The position numbers and the translations under genes were made by a program. The notes below the pieces were generated by a model. That model had not been told where the DNA came from. It saw only the letters and a list, made by a program, of their open reading frames with translations, and did no database searches. Below are positions 60,832 to 64,000 of a stretch of DNA of 64,000 bases, piece by piece. This DNA comes from Pseudovirgaria hyperparasitica (lineage: Eukaryota): the NCBI GenBank assembly GCA_010093815.1, contig ML996572.1, one strand, 5' to 3'. Each line of letters begins with the position of its first letter. Position 1 is the first letter of the stretch.

Positions 60832-61133
60832 GGTATACGCTCAATCGTAGTGCTCAGAGCAGTCGCGAGTTACGTCAATAGATATAAGTCACCAAGAAAG
60901 TCAAAAGATGTAATTATTGGTTACTTTCACAAACTCGTCCTTGTCGCATGTTTCGCTAGCGCATGCCCGCCAGCCCTACAGTACTACCAAAACCTGGGTG
61001 GGGCTAGTCGGAGCTCTACAGCTACCTCAGACGCTTATGATGGACTCCTGAGCGTGTCATTTTTGGATTACGCGCTCTATTCTTCAGCGAAACTTCCCCT
61101 GCACGGGTAATTGATGCTCATGTACACTCCACC

Positions 61134-63220
61134 ATGAGTGTCGTCCAATACCTCAAACAGTGCTATACACTAGAGACACTCGACACGCGATTCACGATCC
61201 CCTCGAATGTCCCCCCTCGACGAGCTGCACCAGACCCTGGGTTCGAGACAGCAAGCACTTCGACATCTACTTTAGAAATCCAGGAGGCATCTTCAAGAGC
61301 TACGGGCACTGTGCCGAGAGCGAAGGCATCACAATGGAATACATTTGAATACTACATATATTATGCTGTCGTTTGTGTGGCCGTGTTTTTCATGTTCAAG
61401 TCTACCATTGACGTCTCGAAATGTAAGCAATGGTTACCGGCGCAAACAGTCCCCACTGAGACCTTGTAGCAACACATCCAAACTATGGTAAATACGAGCG
61501 CCTGTTGTCGAACGGCTGGTTCTTTGGCCGCAAAGTCGTAAGGACTGAACCCCTGCAATTGTGCACAGTGACGGGTCGCTGATAACAATCAGGACAATTC
61601 AGACGCTCAGTACGCTTCGTTCAGAGACAACTTCCCGTACATGGTCCTCCTGATAATCGCCCATCCTATTCTGCGAAAATACTACGACAAATTCTGCAGG
61701 GCCGATACCTACACCAAACCATCAAATTCTTCGAATGGTCTGACGCAGGGTCTATCAGCTGCCGCGGCGGCGGATGCTAGGCTCGAACAGCGGATTTCAT
61801 TCGACATTATATTCTCTGGCCTCCTTATAACAGTCCTACATGGATTCTCAGCATTCAAGATTGTCTTGATTCTGTATTTGAATTACAGCATAGCTAAGCG
61901 TACTACAACCCGTTATATACCCCTTGCAACCTGGACTTTCAACATTGGTCTTCTCTTCGCAAACGAGTACTATAAAGGCTACTCATATGCCCGTATATGG
62001 AACAGAATTTTCCCGCCCCCATTGGGTCTCTCTGTTGATGATCCCCTGTTTCCTAAAAACTTTGGCGCCTCGCTGGACAGTTATGGAGGTCTAGTTTCGC
62101 GGTGGGAAGTCTTGTTCAACATTACGGTGCTTCGCCTTATAAGCTTCAACATGGACTACTACTGGAGTAAAGCTGATAGCGGAGGAGAAAGCCCAATTCA
62201 TGTAAGTACCTCTTCTAGAGCTTGCTCAGACCTCAGCCTAATAGCCTCAAGAAGAAAGGACTTGACCCTTCTAACCTGTCTGAACGCGATCGTGTCAAGA
62301 TTCCAGCACGTGTCTCTGACTACAACTTCTCCAACTACTTTGCATATGCCCTATATGCTCCGCTCTACCTCACCGGTCCGATCATCACATTCAATGACTT
62401 CCTCTCACAACTCCGCTACCGTTCCCCGAGTATCACCAAAGACAGGACAATCATGTACGGCGTGCGGTTCGTTGTTGTCCTTCTCACCATGGAAATCATG
62501 ATACATTTCATGTACATGGTTGCCATATTCCACGCCAAGCCAGACTGGAGTGCATACACCCCTTTCCAACTCAGCATGCTCGGCTACTTCAACTTGAACC
62601 ACATCTGGCTAAAACTCCTCATCCCCTGGCGATTCTTCCGCTTGTGGGCGCTCGTCGATGGCATCGATCCACCAGAGAACATGGTGCGTTGCATGAGCGA
62701 TAACTACTCCGCACTTGCATTCTGGCGAGGATGGCATCGCAGCTTCAACCGCTGGATTGTGCGGTATATCTACGTACCCATTGGCGGAAGCGGCTTCTCA
62801 GGGCGTTTCGGCCAGGTCAGATCGATAGCCAACTTTCTGGCCGTCTTCACGTTCGTGGCGCTGTGGCATGATATCCAGCTAAGGCTGCTCATGTGGGGCT
62901 GGCTCATCACACTGTTTGTCATACCCGAGATTATGGGAACGCTGGTCTTTCCGGCTCGTCGCTGGAAGGACTGGCCGCATGCGTATCGGCGCATTTGTGC
63001 TGCCGGGGCTACGCTCAATATCCTTATGATGATGGCGGCGAATCTGGTTGGCTTCGCGATCGGGGTGGATGGATTGGTGGAGTTGCTCAAGGCTATATTT
63101 TCGACTCTGGATGGGCTGGTGTTTATATCGCTGGCTATGACCGCGTTGTTCATGGCGTCGAATATCATGTTTGAGATTAGGGAAGGGGAGCTGAGAAAGG
63201 GCATCAGGATGAAGTGCTAG
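61134..63220 (+). CDS. GUP1: Membrane-bound O-acyltransferase Gup1
   Basis: YTLETLDTRF, GRKV|DNSDAQYASFRDN, LRLISFNMDY, YAPLYLTGPIITFNDF, FWRGWHRSFNRW, FVALWHD; three introns. Confidence 0.94.
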
Positions 63221-63644
63221 CTAGCTAGCCTGTGTAGTATTAATCTAGCTAGTCGAAAGATTTTTGACGCACGGCAGCTTTGTGATGATAAAGTCAGCAC
63301 TTTTGACCCTTGGAACATAACTAGTCTAGAAGGTGAATACGTGGAAGATATAATTGTATTCATTCGTACTATACCAACTAAGATACCAAAGCTGAAAGTT
63401 TCGTTCCGGGTTCGTGCAACGGTTATAGTCAACGCTGTTGAGCTTCTTCCTACTTTGTCTGAAGAACCGTGAAACGTTTGTTGTTTACACGTGCAGTCCA
63501 TATTTGTTCTAGCCGCATGGTATGATCTCGTCTGGCGATGATCTCATCACTAGTAGTTCTCATCAGGCACTCGAAGCGAAGTATGGTGTACGATTACACT
63601 CTATTACAGTAAATGCTTATACGTACATCTTTATCGACCAACAC

Positions 63645-64000
63645 CTACGAGTCCACGTCCATCTTCTCGCCAACTGCACTCTCATTCTTGTCATCCAGTT
63701 CGTGGACCGTCACATACTTGCTAATCTCTTCTCGCGTAATAATCTTCTCATCGAGCACAGCGGTAGTACCACGCTTGAACTTGTAGTCGCGCTGCTTCTG
63801 TTCTCTGACATTGGGTGTGATGTAGTTCCTCAAAAGCTGTGCCTTCTCCTCGGTGATGACGCAAACGTCCACGTTTGAACCTGAACCCAGATCGTTCCAG
63901 ATACCGGCCTGGATGGCATCGCTCGTCAGCTTCACTGCCTCATCTCTTGTCAACTTCGCTTTCCACTGGGTCTCGAAGACGCTCATGGCGGCCAACGATC
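63645..64000 (-). CDS. PUP1: 20S proteasome beta-2 subunit, 3' part (gene starts beyond window)
   Basis: SLAAMSVFE, AIQAGIWNDLGSGSNVDVCVI, YKFKRGTTAVL. Confidence 0.93.
   Translation of the reverse strand, partial: SLAAMSVFETQWKAKLTRDEAVKLTSDAIQAGIWNDLGSGSNVDVCVITEEKAQLLRNYITPNVREQKQRDYKFKRGTTAVLDEKIITREEISKYVTVHELDDKNESAVGEKMDVDS

Overview
Gene-dense window of an intron-rich filamentous ascomycete genome (Pezizomycotina; a Dothideomycete-like origin is only my inference). I reconstructed about 27 mostly housekeeping protein genes by hand, splicing GT-AG introns with CTRAC/CTAAT branch sites. They include iPGM, CaMK, Hrt3-like F-box, Mtm1-like carrier, a Zn2Cys6 TF, TAF1, RPT3, MSS4, EFM5, HNT1, BSD2, CBP6, HPC2, RBA50, TBCC, NDUFA11, UBP2, an APC permease, prenylcysteine oxidase, a WSC sensor, ARP4, GUP1 and PUP1. 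There is also an intron-containing tRNA-Ser(UGA). The main things the ORF track does not explain are: (1) a 616-bp non-autonomous hAT-type element with 20-bp TIRs, a perfect 8-bp TSD and a cluster of TCACGTGA motifs, sitting in a divergent promoter; (2) a ~700-nt hairpin-dense non-coding segment next to the tRNA that may be an unannotated structured RNA; (3) a permease gene whose textbook splice acceptor gives a premature stop while a weaker distal acceptor gives the functional frame, plus an overlapping uORF; (4) two GC-AG introns; (5) repeated sharp C-rich to G-rich strand-skew switches near gene 3' ends; (6) a RIP-like AT-rich relic. No new multi-gene system can be established from sequence alone. 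Gene names come from recognised motifs, not database searches.
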